Shown: positions 1 through 10,994, counted from the stretch's first letter. The stretch is 64,000 nt of DNA from an uncultured Methylomirabilota bacterium (GCA_963705305.1 OY970067.1:4192001-4256000); one strand, 5' to 3'. The notes: generated by a model from the sequence alone, not told the origin. Program-made: numbers and translations.

Positions 1-1599
1 TGCCACGGCCGCGGCCGTCCCGCCAGGGCCGTCGCCCGGCTTGCCGTCCCACACCACCAGGGGCACGAGCCCGGTCTCGAGTTGCTGGGCCCAGAGCTTG
101 GCCCAGCCATACAGGAGTGTGCTGGTGTATTCGAAGATGGCCGGCCCCACCGGCGCGGGCTGCTCGGAGGCCATCAGGATCTCGGAGGCCTGACCGAGGA
201 TCCGCTCGTACCGCTCCGCCCAGCCGGAGTCGTCGCCGAGGTCTACCTGGTCCCTGCGGAATTGTTGTCCGTCATACGGCAAGACGACGTGGATGTCCCC
301 GCCGCGGGCGCGCAGCGCCTCGAGGAACAGGAGATCGGCCCCGTTTGCCGCCGATGCAAAGCCGATCCCCGCCTCCAGCGCCGCCAGCCGGTCGGCCAGG
401 CCCCGCGCGACCGCCGGCTCGAGCGCGGGAGGAAAACGGGGCACCGGCCGGCCCGGCGCATCGATGCGGTGGCCGGCGAAAACCACCACCGGCCCGATCC
501 GGAAGCAGCGGTCGCACTGTTTGGGATCGCGGCCCAGCTGCGCCAGCAGGAGGCGGGCCTGGCGGCGCGTCGTGCTCAGATCGCCCAGATTGCCGCGGCC
601 CAGCGCCGCCGCTCGCGTGTACTGACATTCGGCCTCGGCCCATTCGCCGAGGATGAGCGCGGCCTCACCGAGCGTCGCCTCCGCCCAGTAGTCGGGGGAC
701 TGGTCCAGGCGCTGGCGGCACCAGCCCCGGACTTCCCGGGCCAGCTGTCGGGCCGTGTGCCCGTCTTCCAAAAGGAGGGCGGTGCTGGCGGCGTTGATCC
801 CGCTGTAGAGCGCTCCCGCCGGTTCTTTCCGGATCACGGCTAGACGGTAAGCGTCGAGATAGCGTGAGTGAGCCCGGTCGAGAAGGCCGCGCCGTGCCAA
901 AGGATCGGCGGCTTCGGCCGAGAGATCCTTGTAGGTGCGCGCAAGGATGCTCAGCGTCTCGCTGTCGGCATGGCCCTCGGCAAACAGTGCTTGAAGGATC
1001 TGGTTCGCCTTGCGAGCCGCGCCGCTGCGCGCCAGGGCCAGGCCCTGGAGCTGCCGCAGCCGGACGTCGGCCGGGTGCGCGGCCAACCCCTCGGCCAGGA
1101 CATCGTGGGCGGGCAGGGGGGCGCCGAGGCGAAGGATCCGCTCGCCAAGAAGGGCGAAGGGCTCTGCGGATTTGGCCCATACCTGGGGATCCCGGCCGTG
1201 CCAGAGGGCGAGCAGGTCGCGCAAATCGAAAGCCGTCTGCCTCTGGAAGATTTCGAGGACCGGGCGCATGTCCGGTTCGGGCAGGGAATCGGACCGCGCA
1301 TCGGGCCGGCTTCCCTCCGCCCGCTCGATCCGGTAACCGAGGCCGACCAGCGTCCTGAGCGTCTCCAGCGAGACGCTGCGGTCGTACTCCTTTTCGGCGT
1401 CCGGGAGTTCCTCATACGGCACGAGGCAGGGATGCTCTTTCTTTGCGTCATCCCGGCGAGGACCACGGCGCCAGCCCTCGTCCAGCCGCCTGCGGGCCCA
1501 AGCGTCGTGGGCGCTCCTTGCCAATTGCTCGGTCAATTCCAGGATCTCAGGCGTGAGGGCGCCATCCGGCGCGTCGATGGGCTTCGGGTCGTATTCCAC
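1..1599 (-). CDS. RyR-domain + TPR/MAP3K TRAF-binding-like + SLOG-like multidomain protein (3' end runs off the window; a cyclase-type C-terminus is possible)
   Basis: Hand translation of the minus strand, absent from the ORF track because there is no stop in the window. GTG at 1599 follows AGGAG (alternative ATG at 1635). RyR motif YDPKPID..LTEQLARSAHDAWARRRLDEGWRRGPRRDDAKKEHPCLVPYEELPDAEKEYDR, then ETLSILARTYKD / YSGINAAS / DYWAEATLGEA, then VVVFAGHRID..SAANGADLLF..VVWDGKPGDGPGGT. Confidence 0.85.
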   Translation of the reverse strand, partial: MEYDPKPIDAPDGALTPEILELTEQLARSAHDAWARRRLDEGWRRGPRRDDAKKEHPCLVPYEELPDAEKEYDRSVSLETLRTLVGLGYRIERAEGSRPDARSDSLPEPDMRPVLEIFQRQTAFDLRDLLALWHGRDPQVWAKSAEPFALLGERILRLGAPLPAHDVLAEGLAAHPADVRLRQLQGLALARSGAARKANQILQALFAEGHADSETLSILARTYKDLSAEAADPLARRGLLDRAHSRYLDAYRLAVIRKEPAGALYSGINAASTALLLEDGHTARQLAREVRGWCRQRLDQSPDYWAEATLGEAALILGEWAEAECQYTRAAALGRGNLGDLSTTRRQARLLLAQLGRDPKQCDRCFRIGPVVVFAGHRIDAPGRPVPRFPPALEPAVARGLADRLAALEAGIGFASAANGADLLFLEALRARGGDIHVVLPYDGQQFRRDQVDLGDDSGWAERYERILGQASEILMASEQPAPVGPAIFEYTSTLLYGWAKLWAQQLETGLVPLVVWDGKPGDGPGGTAAAVA

Positions 1600-1944
1600 G
1601 AGGCGGCTCCTTTTCCAGCGCAGCCGGTTCGACATGCTTCGGACAGCCTAGCCCGAACGGACAGGTGCACAGTGCAGAGAGCCCACGAATTCTAATCCTA
1701 GCCTCAGCGAGCCGGGATGGCAAGAGAAGACGGGGCAGTAAGTATAATGATCGAGATTATGTATCTGATGGAACTTGCTTGAAATACGATAATACACGCA
1801 CCTCTGGTTACTGGAGCTTGCAGACTGTGCCGTGTGAGGCGTGTGAAGCGCAAATGTCTCTGGAGGCCCAGGAGGCGAGGAACGGCTTAGAGGGGAGGGG
1901 CGCTCATTGGCGCGCGGTGGATGAGAAGATTTGGAGCTCTCTTT

Positions 1945-1972
1945 AGTTTACATAATACCTCTTATCAGACAT
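1945..1972 (-). other. Candidate dif site (XerC/XerD recombination site)
   Basis: Minus strand reads ATGTCTGATAA-GAGGTA-TTATGTAAACT, an 11-6-11 layout. The right arm closely matches the XerD box TTATGTTAAAT. Lies in a low-GC intergenic region. Confidence 0.75.
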
Positions 1973-2058
1973 AGACGAAATTCGAAGAGGTCAACCCGAA
2001 AGCGGTATTTCTATGAGGCACACTGAATGAGGGATCGGCCGAATAGACTGCGGTCAGG

Positions 2059-2739
2059 CTACTTCGCCTCCAGCGATCCCAGATGCAGCGCTGCTTGCTG
2101 GGCCCAGAACGTGCCCGGGAACTTCTCCGCGATCTGCCCATAGACACGCCGCGCGTCCTCTGGTCGCTTAAGCTGCTCGTACACGCGGCCAAGATTCATG
2201 TAGGCTTCCCCGGCCAACGGATCCCGCGGCGCCTGGTCGAGCGCCGTGGTGAGCGTCTGAACCGCTCCCTGAAAATCGCCTTGCGCCTCCCGCGCCGAGG
2301 CCGCTCCCAGGGCGGCCATCATCAAGAACCGCCCGCGCGGGTGCTGTTTGATATACTGCTCGAAGGAGGCCTCCGCCAGGTCCATCTTGCCGTTCTCGTA
2401 CTGTATGTTTCCCAGGCGAATCAACGCCTCCTCGCCGCCCTCGGTCGACGGGTACTCCTTCGCCACGGCCTGCAGTTGACGCATACCCTGGTCGAGGGTC
2501 GCGGCCGTGCCGGGAGCCCCCCGCAGGACGTCCTCCGCCTCGGCCAACGCCAGATTTGCCTCTGACGACCGCTGCTGGCGGTACCACAAATATCCCCCGA
2601 TGGACCCCAGGACCACCACGAGCGCGATGGCGCCGATCAACATGACCGTTCGGTGCCCCTGCGTGTACTGAACCGCCTCCATGACCCACTCGGCCACGGG
2701 ATTGCGCCGCATCTCCTTCTTCTTGATTGCACTGCTCAT
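2059..2739 (-). CDS. Membrane-anchored TPR protein (YfgM-like)
   Basis: Start MSSAIKKKEMRR, one TM helix (VMLIGAIALVVVLGSIGGYLWY), then TPR repeats. Confidence 0.8.
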   Translation of the reverse strand: MSSAIKKKEMRRNPVAEWVMEAVQYTQGHRTVMLIGAIALVVVLGSIGGYLWYRQQRSSEANLALAEAEDVLRGAPGTAATLDQGMRQLQAVAKEYPSTEGGEEALIRLGNIQYENGKMDLAEASFEQYIKQHPRGRFLMMAALGAASAREAQGDFQGAVQTLTTALDQAPRDPLAGEAYMNLGRVYEQLKRPEDARRVYGQIAEKFPGTFWAQQAALHLGSLEAK

Positions 2740-2815
2740 GTTCGGACCTGACCCCAAGGGACGCCGCGCAGCCGGTCGGCCGGAGGCGAGGCGCCCGAGC
2801 ATGGTGTGAATGGAT

Positions 2816-2859
2816 GGTGGCCCTGGAGGGACTCGAACCCCCGACGCAGGGCTTAGGAC
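2816..2859 (-). repeat. att repeat: displaced 3' half of tRNA-Arg(CCT)
   Basis: 44 bp identical to 15101-15144, ending exactly at the 5' edge of the anticodon loop. With 2815 it ends in CCA. Confidence 0.95.
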
Positions 2860-3003
2860 TCGGCCCTGCCCTATTTGCGACGGACACCGCTATTCAATGC
2901 CCGAGAACGATAACGGGGCGCATTCTCGCACAGATGCGCCCGCTTCGCAAGGGCCGAGAGTGATATTATGAGCGACGGCGAACGCTGTTGAACTACCACT
3001 CCA

Positions 3004-3024
3004 AGTGGCACCTGTAGTGGCACC
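3004..3024 (+). repeat. AGTGGCACC direct repeat, 12-bp period (candidate integrase arm-type sites)
   Basis: agtggcacc-tgt-agtggcacc, about 145 bp inside the att repeat. Confidence 0.45.
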
Positions 3025-3500
3025 AGATCCGACGGCTCCCCGGCCCGACCTCGGGCCGTTTTCTCTTCGAGGCGCAAGGGGGCACCAGGGCTGCTGCGGC
3101 CTCCCTCTTCAGCGCCCTGCCCACAGAAATTTTTGGGCGAGATCCGGGCGGTCCCCTCGGACGGCTGGGGTGTGTGGTAGCGGGTCAAGGGAGATCGTCG
3201 AAAATTCCCGGCTCTACGCTGGTCCTACAGGGGGAAACCAGGGCAATCTGAGCCGGGCACGGACGGGGGGGGAGCAACCCGACCGGCCGGCGCGTGGCCC
3301 AGCTGGAGGCGCCACCATCGAGATCGTGCGTATTCCGGCGCATGCCGGCCGCCGATTCCGGTCGATGCCGGCCACCCATTCCGATAATGGTCGGCCACCC
3401 ATTCCGGCGCATGCCGGCCACCTCGGGAGCACGTAGAAGCGACGCTGGATAGCGCGGGCCTAGGGTATCCTCCTGGAAACCCGAAACCAGGAGGGACCCG

Positions 3501-5060
3501 GTGGCCGCTGAGCGACTATCCATGCGCACGATTCGAGAGATCCTCCGCCTGAAGTGGACCTGCCAGCGCAGTAATCGCGAGATCGCCCAGAGTTGCAAGA
3601 TCGCCCGTAGCTCGGTGGCCGAGTGCCTCGTCCGCGCCGCGGCCGCCGGCCTGACGTGGCCACTCCCGCCCGAGCTCGATGACGGGACCCTCGAGGCACG
3701 GCTCTACCGCCGGCCGGGCCGCCCGCCAGGCCAGCACCCGCTGCCCGACTGGGCCACCATCCACCAGGAGCTCACGCACCCCGGGGTCACCCTCCAGCTC
3801 CTCTGGCGGGAGTACAAGGCCGGGGATCCCGCCGGGCTCCAGTACAGCCAGTTCTGCGTCCACTACCGCCAGTGGGCCCAGGCCCTCGACCTCTGCCTTC
3901 GCCAGGAGCACCGGGCTGGCGAGAAGCTGTTCCTCGATTACGCCGGCCAGTCGCTCTGGGTGACGGATCCCACGACGGGGGCCCGCGCCCCGGTGGCGCT
4001 GTTCGTCGCCGTCCTCGGCGCGAGCAACTACACCTATGCCGAGGCCACCCGCGCGGCCGATCTCCCGGCCTGGATCGGGAGCCACGTCCGCGCGTTCGAA
4101 TACCTGGGGGGCGTGCCGGCCGCCCTGATCCCGGATAACCACAAGAGCGCCGTCCTCCATCCGGACCGCTACGAGCCCGATCTGCACCCCACGTACCTCG
4201 ACCTCGCGGCCCACTACGGCACGACCATCCTCCCCACGCGCGTCCGCCGGCCACGCGATAAAGCCAAAGTGGAGACGGCCGTGCTCATCGTCGAGCGCTG
4301 GATCGTCGCCGCCCTCCGGCACCGCACGTTCTTCCACCTGGCCGCGCTGAACACGGCGGTCTGGGAGTTGCTGGATCAGCTCAACAACCGCCCCTTCCGC
4401 AAACTGCCCGGCTCGCGCCGGACGCTCTTCGAGACCGTGGACAAGCCGGCGCTCCGGCCACTGCCCGCCACGCCCTACGTCTTCGCCGAGTGGAAGCGCG
4501 CCCGGGCGAACATCGATTACCACGTGGAGCTGGCGGGGCACTCCTACAGCGTGCCCTACCAGCTCGTCCACCACGAGGTCGAGCTCCGCTATACGGCCAC
4601 CGTGGTGGAGATCTTCCACCGAGGGCAGCGCGTGGCCTCCCATGTCCGGAGCTCGCAGCGGGGCGGCTTCACCACCGAGCCGGCCCACCGCCCCAAGGCC
4701 CACCAGCGGCACCTGGCCTGGACGCCGTCCCGCCTGGCGCACTGGGGGGCGACGATCGGGCCGGCCACCGCCGCGCTGATCGCGGCGATCCTGGCGAGCC
4801 GCCCCCACCCCGAGCAGGGGTACCGGTCGTGCCTCGGCCTGCTCCGGTTGAGCCAGCAGTACCCGGCCGCCCGGCTCGAGGCCGCCTGCGCGCGGGCGCT
4901 GGCGATCCGCGCCCTGTCGTACAAGAGCGTGCAGTCGATCCTGCGCACCGGCCTGGATCAGCACCCCCTCGTGCCGGTGTCCACCCCGCCGCGCCCCGCG
5001 CATGCCCATGTGCGGGGGTCGGCCTACTACACCCGAAAGGAGACGTCCGATGTTGCGTAG
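3501..5060 (+). CDS. istA: IS21 transposase IstA
   Basis: N-terminal HTH (MRTIREILRL), DDE core (LFLDYAG, IPDNHKSAV, PRDKAKVE). Confidence 0.95.
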   Translation: MAAERLSMRTIREILRLKWTCQRSNREIAQSCKIARSSVAECLVRAAAAGLTWPLPPELDDGTLEARLYRRPGRPPGQHPLPDWATIHQELTHPGVTLQLLWREYKAGDPAGLQYSQFCVHYRQWAQALDLCLRQEHRAGEKLFLDYAGQSLWVTDPTTGARAPVALFVAVLGASNYTYAEATRAADLPAWIGSHVRAFEYLGGVPAALIPDNHKSAVLHPDRYEPDLHPTYLDLAAHYGTTILPTRVRRPRDKAKVETAVLIVERWIVAALRHRTFFHLAALNTAVWELLDQLNNRPFRKLPGSRRTLFETVDKPALRPLPATPYVFAEWKRARANIDYHVELAGHSYSVPYQLVHHEVELRYTATVVEIFHRGQRVASHVRSSQRGGFTTEPAHRPKAHQRHLAWTPSRLAHWGATIGPATAALIAAILASRPHPEQGYRSCLGLLRLSQQYPAARLEAACARALAIRALSYKSVQSILRTGLDQHPLVPVSTPPRPAHAHVRGSAYYTRKETSDVA

Positions 5061-5811
5061 CCCGACCGTCGAGAAACTCCAGGCCCTGCACCTGCACGGC
5101 CTCCTCGCCGCCTGGGAGGCGCAGGAGCGATCCCCGGAGGCCGCCGACCTCACCTTCGCCGAGCGGCTCGGGCTCCTGGTGGATGCCGAGTGGACCGCCC
5201 GGGAGAACCGCCGGCAGCTCCAGCGGCTGAAGACCGCCAAGCTCAAGCTCCCCCAGGCCTGTGTCGAGGACCTCGACTTCCGGACCCCGCGCGGGCTCGA
5301 CAAGGCCCTCGTCCGGAGCCTGGCCACGGGCCAGTGGCTCACCCAGCACCAGAACCTGATCTGCGTGGGGCCGACCGGCACGGGGAAGACGTTCCTGGCC
5401 TGCGCCTTGGCCCACCAGGCCTGCCGGCAGGGGCACACGGTCCGCTACTTCCGCGCCCCGCGGCTCTTCCAGGAGCTCGCCCTGGCCCGGGGGGAGGGGA
5501 GCTACCCGGTGGTGCTCGGCCAGCTCGCCCGGACCGAGCTGCTCGTGGTGGACGATTGGGGCATCGCCCCCCTGAGTGATGCGGAGCGGCGGGACTTCCT
5601 CGAGGTGGTGGACGACCGGCATGGGACCCGCTCCACGCTCTTGGCCGGGCAGCTCCCGGTGAGCCACTGGCACGAGTGCATCGGGGATCCGACGATCGCC
5701 GATGCCATCTGCGACCGGCTGGTGCACAACGCCCATCAGCTCACGCTGACCGGCGGATCGCTGCGGAAGACCCGGGCGGGCTTGACAGCCCCGCCCGTGT
5801 GTGAGAAATAA
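5050..5811 (+). CDS. istB: IS21 helper ATPase IstB
   Basis: Walker A GPTGTGKT, Walker B LLVVDDWG, ADAICDRLVH. Overlaps the istA stop. Confidence 0.95.
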   Translation: MLRSPTVEKLQALHLHGLLAAWEAQERSPEAADLTFAERLGLLVDAEWTARENRRQLQRLKTAKLKLPQACVEDLDFRTPRGLDKALVRSLATGQWLTQHQNLICVGPTGTGKTFLACALAHQACRQGHTVRYFRAPRLFQELALARGEGSYPVVLGQLARTELLVVDDWGIAPLSDAERRDFLEVVDDRHGTRSTLLAGQLPVSHWHECIGDPTIADAICDRLVHNAHQLTLTGGSLRKTRAGLTAPPVCEK

Positions 5812-6053
5812 CCGAACGCCCAGCGTCGCTTCGCTCCGGCCGGCATGCGCCGGAACGCGTGGCCGACATCCCGCCGGACTGGGCGGCCGAGATCGCCGGA
5901 ATACGCAAGATCGTCGCTTTTCGGCGGGAAGGGCACCGGCAGCGCCACGATGGATCCCGGCACTGTGAGGCGCGAGGCAGACGGGTGCGCAGGCGCGGGA
6001 GATTTGAGGCGCCAACACGCCCGTCGCAGGGAGACGCGGGCAGCGGACCCCGA

Positions 6054-6824
6054 CTACGAAGGTGTCGCGACCTTCGGCGCGGGGCGGCGGTGGGTCTCGC
6101 GATAGCTCGTCCCTTCCAGGTGGAAGACCTCGGCCCGCTCCGCGAGCCGGTCCAGGATGGCGTGCGCCACGGCGTCGTCGGCGAAGATCTGATTCCACTC
6201 GCCAAACGTGCGATTCGTGGTGACCACCGTTGGCTTCCGCCGGTCATGCCGGACGGAGATCACCTGGAACACGAGGTGGCTCTCCGGCTGGCGCAGGCTG
6301 ACGTACCCGACCTCGTCGATCTCCAGCAACCCGGGGCTCTGGTACGTCTTGAGCGCCCGGTGCAAGGTCTTCGTCGCCTCCGCCGCGCTCAGGTGGTTCA
6401 CCATGGCGGCGAGCGACGTGAACAGGACGCTCTGCCCGCGTTGGCACTGGGCATAGCCCAAGGCCCGGGCGAGATGCGTCTTCCCCAAGCCACTCCCCCC
6501 GACGAACAGCGCCCCGATCCCCTCGACCACGAGGTCGGTGGCCAAGAGGTTCAGGTAGCGACTCCGGAGCTTCCGGGTGGCGACGCTGTACTCGAAGTTG
6601 AACGTGTCTGCCGTCTGCAGCTGGACGAAGCGCGCGGCCCTGATCCGCGCCGCCACCTTCTGCTCGCTCCGCCGCGTGAGCTCCCGATCGACGAGCCCCT
6701 CGAGCACCGCGCGGACTGCCGCGCGTTCGGCGGGATGCCGCTCGCCCCACGCGGCGAGGAACGCGGGGGCACTCATGAGCTGGAGCTGGGTCAGCTTCTC
6801 CTCAAGCGTCGGGGTTGCCATCAT
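6054..6824 (-). CDS. istB: IS21 helper ATPase IstB (element #2)
   Basis: GGSGLGKT, LLEIDEVGY, TTNR, AILDRL. GGAGG RBS before ATG 6824. Confidence 0.92.
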   Translation of the reverse strand: MMATPTLEEKLTQLQLMSAPAFLAAWGERHPAERAAVRAVLEGLVDRELTRRSEQKVAARIRAARFVQLQTADTFNFEYSVATRKLRSRYLNLLATDLVVEGIGALFVGGSGLGKTHLARALGYAQCQRGQSVLFTSLAAMVNHLSAAEATKTLHRALKTYQSPGLLEIDEVGYVSLRQPESHLVFQVISVRHDRRKPTVVTTNRTFGEWNQIFADDAVAHAILDRLAERAEVFHLEGTSYRETHRRPAPKVATPS

Positions 6825-7554
6825 GGTCCTCCGGATCGGCGTCGAGGAGCAGGGCATCGTACCGCTGTAGGTTGGGGCGCACCGGCGGCACGCTCAATCG
6901 GGGATCCCCGAGCGTGAGTGGGGGCGGCGCCACGGGCGGCGTGTCCTGGAGCCGGAGCCACTGCTCGACCTGGTGGCTCCCGACGATGGCCTGGGCGAGG
7001 CACGCGGCGAGCGCGGCTTCCACCGCGGCCGGGCCATAGAGGGTCGTGAGGAGCAGCAGGTGGTCCAACTCCGTCCGGAGCGAGCGCGTCCCCGCCCGGA
7101 TGAGTTCCAGGTACTGCCGGGCCGCGGGCCCCAGCGCCTGCACGGCCTCGACCTGCCAGTGGGCCTGCGCACCGGGCTTGGTGGCCAGGAGCCCGTCGGC
7201 GTGGGCCGGGAGCACCACCTCCACCCCGCGCCGCCAGCAGCGGCCATGCCGCGCCACGCGATGGGTGCCATACCAGAGGGTCACCGTGTCCGCATCCGCT
7301 CGCAGCGTGAGCGGCTTCCCCACCAAGCGCCAGGGGACCGAGTACCGGTTCCCGTCGAAGGCCACGCGGAAGCTCGGCGGCACCACCACGCTCCGCACCT
7401 CGTCCGTGTCGTACGGCTCCCCCAGTGGGAGCAAGGCCGGCCGCTCCTCGGCGACGAGGAGCGCGGGGATCTTCCGGGTCACGCGGTGCTCGCGCTGGTT
7501 CGCGATCGTGTCCCGCCACGCCTGGGCCTGCGTGTTCAGATCGGCGAGATCGCG
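6802..7554 (-). pseudogene. istA: IstA of element #2, C-terminal part
   Basis: RDLADLNTQAQAW..FDGNRYSVP. Joins in frame to 10248-10994 once IS21 #3 and one GGA copy are removed. Confidence 0.9.
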
Positions 7555-7665
7555 GAGTGAGTTTGATACTCTCAATTGGCCCCTTTGTGATGCTCTGATT
7601 TGGCCCCACCTCTCGACCATCGCCGTCTACTCTGGGCGGGGGCATAGCCCTAGAACGGAGGGACG

Positions 7666-9207
7666 GTGGAGAGGAGAGGCAAAGTGGAACTGTTCGAGCA
7701 GCTGCGCCGAGAGTACGAGTTCGGGATCGGGACCATCCGGGGTGTTGCCCGCAAGTTCGGCGTCCATCGCCGGTTAGTCCGGGAAGCCGCCGCCCAGGCG
7801 CTGCCGCCGGAGCGCAAGCGCGCGCAGCGCGCCCGGCCGAGGCTGGCCCCGGTGATCCCGGTCATTGATGCGATCCTGGCCGCCGACCGCACCGCGCCCC
7901 GCAAGCAGCGGCATACGGCCCGGCGGATCTTCCACCGGCTGCGCCAGGAACTGCCGGGCTTCCCCGTGGCGGAGTCGACCGTGCGGGAGTACGTGCGGGA
8001 GCAGAAGCGCGCGCTCGGGCTCAGCGGCAAGGTGACCTGCATCCCCCAGAGCTATGCCTGGGGCAGCGAGAGCCAGGTCGACTGGTACGAGGCGGTGGCC
8101 GAGCTCGGCGGCGTGCGGCAGCCCCTGCAGGTCTTCGGCCTCCGCAGCATGGCGAGCGGCGCTGCCTTCCACCGCGCCTACACCCACGCCACCCAGCAGG
8201 CGTTCCTGGAGGCGCATGAACTGGCCTTCCACTACTTTGGCGGGGTCTTCCATCGCCTGCGGTACGACAACTTGCCGCTCGCGATCAAGCGGATCCTGCG
8301 CGGCCGGGAGCGCGAGCAGACCACCCGGTTTATCGCCTTCCGCTCCCACTGGCGCTTCGCCGCCGAGTTCTGCACCCCCGGGGCGGGCCACGAGAAGGGC
8401 GGGATCGAAGGCGAAGCCGGCTACTTCCGCCGCAACCACGGGGTGCCGATCCCGGTGGCCGCCGGCCTCGCCGCGTTGAACGCGCAGCTCCTGGAGGGCT
8501 GCCAGGCCGACCAGCAGCGGGTGCTCGCCGGCCGGGCCGACCCGGTCGGGGTCCTCGTGCAGCGCGAGCAGCCGCACCTCCTGCCCCTGGCCGCCGAGGA
8601 TTTTGATCTCGCCGAGGTGAGCTTCCCCACGGTGGACGGCCTCGGCTGCGTCCGGGTGCGGACGAACGGCTACTCGGTCCCCCTGCGGCCCGGCACCCAA
8701 GTCGACGCCCGCGTCTACCCGACCCGGGTGGAGATCTGGCACGCCGGGCAGCGCGTCGCCACCCACGCGCGCTGCTACGGCCGCCAGCAACAGGTCCTCG
8801 ACCTCGAGCACTACCTGGACGTGCTCGTGCACAAGCCGGGCGCCTTGGCCGGGGCGACCCCGCTCGCCCAGTGGCGGGCGCAGGGCCGGTGGCCCGCCTG
8901 CTACGACGAACTCTGGGCCCGCTTGCAGGCGCGCCAGGGGCACCAGGCCGGCACCCGGGCGATGATCGGCCTCCTCCAGCTCGGGCGGGTGCACGGCTAC
9001 GCGCGCCTGGCCCCCTGCGTGGCGCAGGCCCTGGCCTGCGGGGCCGCCGATCCCGCGGCGGTGCGGTACCTGCTCACCGCGGCGACGCTGGAGCGCCAAT
9101 CGCCGATGGCGCTGGAGGTCGGCGGCCCCCTCGCCGCTTATGACCGGCCGCAGCCGAGCGTCGCGCGGTACGATCAACTGCTGGGCGCCCGGGAGGGCCG
9201 GCCATGA
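7666..9207 (+). CDS. istA: IS21 transposase IstA (element #3)
   Basis: [26 protein letters not shown] motifs. Confidence 0.95.
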   Translation: MERRGKVELFEQLRREYEFGIGTIRGVARKFGVHRRLVREAAAQALPPERKRAQRARPRLAPVIPVIDAILAADRTAPRKQRHTARRIFHRLRQELPGFPVAESTVREYVREQKRALGLSGKVTCIPQSYAWGSESQVDWYEAVAELGGVRQPLQVFGLRSMASGAAFHRAYTHATQQAFLEAHELAFHYFGGVFHRLRYDNLPLAIKRILRGREREQTTRFIAFRSHWRFAAEFCTPGAGHEKGGIEGEAGYFRRNHGVPIPVAAGLAALNAQLLEGCQADQQRVLAGRADPVGVLVQREQPHLLPLAAEDFDLAEVSFPTVDGLGCVRVRTNGYSVPLRPGTQVDARVYPTRVEIWHAGQRVATHARCYGRQQQVLDLEHYLDVLVHKPGALAGATPLAQWRAQGRWPACYDELWARLQARQGHQAGTRAMIGLLQLGRVHGYARLAPCVAQALACGAADPAAVRYLLTAATLERQSPMALEVGGPLAAYDRPQPSVARYDQLLGAREGRP

Positions 9208-10073
9208 GCGCCCCCACGGAGCTCCGGCTCGCCGTCATCCGCCAGCACTGCAAGCAGCTCCACCTGCCCGCGGTGGGGGCCCAGTGCGCCGGCCTCGCCA
9301 CCGAGGCCGCCCTGGCCCAGCAGGATCACCTGACCTACCTCGAGGCCCTGCTCGGGGCCGAGGTCGAGGAGCGGACGCGCCGGCTCATCGACCGCCGGAT
9401 CCAGGAGGCGCACTTCCCCGTCCTGAAGACCTTGGAGGAGTTCTCCTTCGCAGAGGCGCCCACCATCCCGGCCGCCACGGTCCGGACCTTGGCCGAGGGC
9501 GCGTACCTCGCGCAGGCGGAGCCGGTCCTCTTCCTGGGCGAGCCCGGCACCGGCAAGACGCATCTCGCCATCGGCCTCGCGGTGGCGGCCTGCCGGCAGC
9601 GGCGCCGGGTGCGCTTCACGACCGCGGCGGCGCTCGTCAACGACCTGGTCGAAGCGCAGCACCAGCACCAGCTCAGCCGCGTCATCAACCGCTGGGCCCG
9701 CGTCGAGCTGATCGTCATCGACGAGTTGGCCTACGTGGCCGTGGCGGACCTCGGGGCCGAACTCCTGTTCCAGCTCATCGCCGAGCGGGCGGAGAAGGCC
9801 GCGCTGATCGCCACGACCAACCTGCCCTTCTCGGAGTGGACCACGGTGTTCCCCAACGCCCGGCTCTGCAAGGCCCTGCTCGACCGGCTCACTGACCGAG
9901 CGCACATCATCGACACGGGGACGGAGTCCTACCGCTTCCGCCGCAGCCTGGAGCAGCGGCAGCCGAAGACCCGATCGAGGCCCCGCCCCCGGGAGAGTCC
10001 TCCTCCCTCCGCCTCCGGAGCCGGCAAGGAGGTCCCCATCTCTCCTCAACATGATGCCCGGGAGGCCCGATGA
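9204..10073 (+). CDS. istB: IS21 helper ATPase IstB (element #3)
   Basis: [41 protein letters not shown] overlap with istA. Confidence 0.95.
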   Translation: MSAPTELRLAVIRQHCKQLHLPAVGAQCAGLATEAALAQQDHLTYLEALLGAEVEERTRRLIDRRIQEAHFPVLKTLEEFSFAEAPTIPAATVRTLAEGAYLAQAEPVLFLGEPGTGKTHLAIGLAVAACRQRRRVRFTTAAALVNDLVEAQHQHQLSRVINRWARVELIVIDELAYVAVADLGAELLFQLIAERAEKAALIATTNLPFSEWTTVFPNARLCKALLDRLTDRAHIIDTGTESYRFRRSLEQRQPKTRSRPRPRESPPPSASGAGKEVPISPQHDAREAR

Positions 10074-10247
10074 GTGCGCCGAGGCTGCTCTCTCAACGTG
10101 TAGGGAACCGGAGGGAATGCTGCTGATGCTCCTGATAGAGGATGGGACACGGATACTAACGTCGTCTCACAAGTACTAATCCCCTGAAAGGAGGTGGGAC
10201 CAAATCAGAGCATCACAAAGGGGCCAAATCAGGTTGACACAATCAAG

Positions 10248-10994
10248 GAAGGTCCGCCCCGGCCAGAAGTTCGTCCGGAGGTACTTGATGGCGTCCTCGA
10301 CCCGCCCCTTCTCGTTCCCTTTGCCCACGTTGCAGGCCACCGGCCGGAAGCGGTGGTGGCCGGCGTACGCCAGGAAGCGCGGGTGGAAGCGGACGAGCTT
10401 CCCGTGCCGCTCGGCCACCGCCGTCGCCAGGTTGTCGTACCAGCACTCCTTTGGGCAGCCGCCCACGAAGGCGAAGGCAGCCTCGTGGCACCGCAGGAAC
10501 GCCTCGAGGGTCTGGCTGAAGGTGAAGGTGACGGTCAAGAGCCGGGAGTAGCACAGGACGAGCACGAAGGCATGGACGGCCCGGCCGATCCCGAAGACGT
10601 CGCCGAACTCGCCCCAGTCCACCTGGGCGGCCTCCCCGCGGCCGAAGCTGAGCGTGGCCATGGCAGCTGGCGCGGCACTCGGCCGCAGCCGGCGCACGGC
10701 GCCCCGCAGCGCGCTGCTGCCGCCCCGGTAGCCCTCCTGCCGGAGCACCTGGAAGATCGTCACCGCCGAGCGCGCCGGGTCCTCGGTGAGCAGCGCCTGG
10801 ATGCGGGCCCGGAACGGCGTGACCACCGTGGTCCGCGGCGCCGGCGGCGCGGGCACCAAGGCCACGCTCCGGCGCAGCGCCACCTTCCGGGCGCTCTCCC
10901 GGTGGATGCCGAGGTGGCGAGCGATCTGGCTGTAGCCCCAGCGCTCGGCATAGCGGAGCCGGAGGATCTCGGCTTGAATCGCGGCGGCCAGCAT
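10248..10994 (-). pseudogene. istA: IstA of element #2, N-terminal part
   Basis: HTH (YSQIARHLGIHR), AQVDWG, WYDN, GNEKGRVE. GGAGG RBS. Cut by IS21 #3. Confidence 0.9.

Larger units (their letters stand above)
3327..5907 (+). mobile_element. IS21-family element #1 (intact)
   Basis: Ends TGCGTATTCCGGCG...CGCCGGAATACGCA with multiple subterminal repeats. 6-bp target duplication AGATCG at 3321-3326 and 5908-5913. Confidence 0.95.
7557..10246 (+). mobile_element. IS21-family element #3 nested in istA of element #2
   Basis: Inverted ends share TTGGCCCCTTTGTGATGCTCTGATTTGG(C/T)CCCACCTC. 3-bp duplication GGA at 7554-7556 and 10247-10249. Removal restores ...PGRTF|RDLADLN... Confidence 0.92.

Noticed and set aside
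1735..1770. Second dif-like site (GTATAA...TTATGTAT)
   Set aside because: The spacer is 9 bp rather than 6 and the arms are poor.
3120..3180. Phage cos/pac-like sequence (AAATTTTTGG...GGTCCCC)
   Set aside because: Only a vague resemblance, and no terminase or HNH gene nearby.
3327..3425. Short ~23-bp-period repeat array
   Set aside because: These are ordinary IS21 subterminal transposase-binding repeats, mirrored at the right end.
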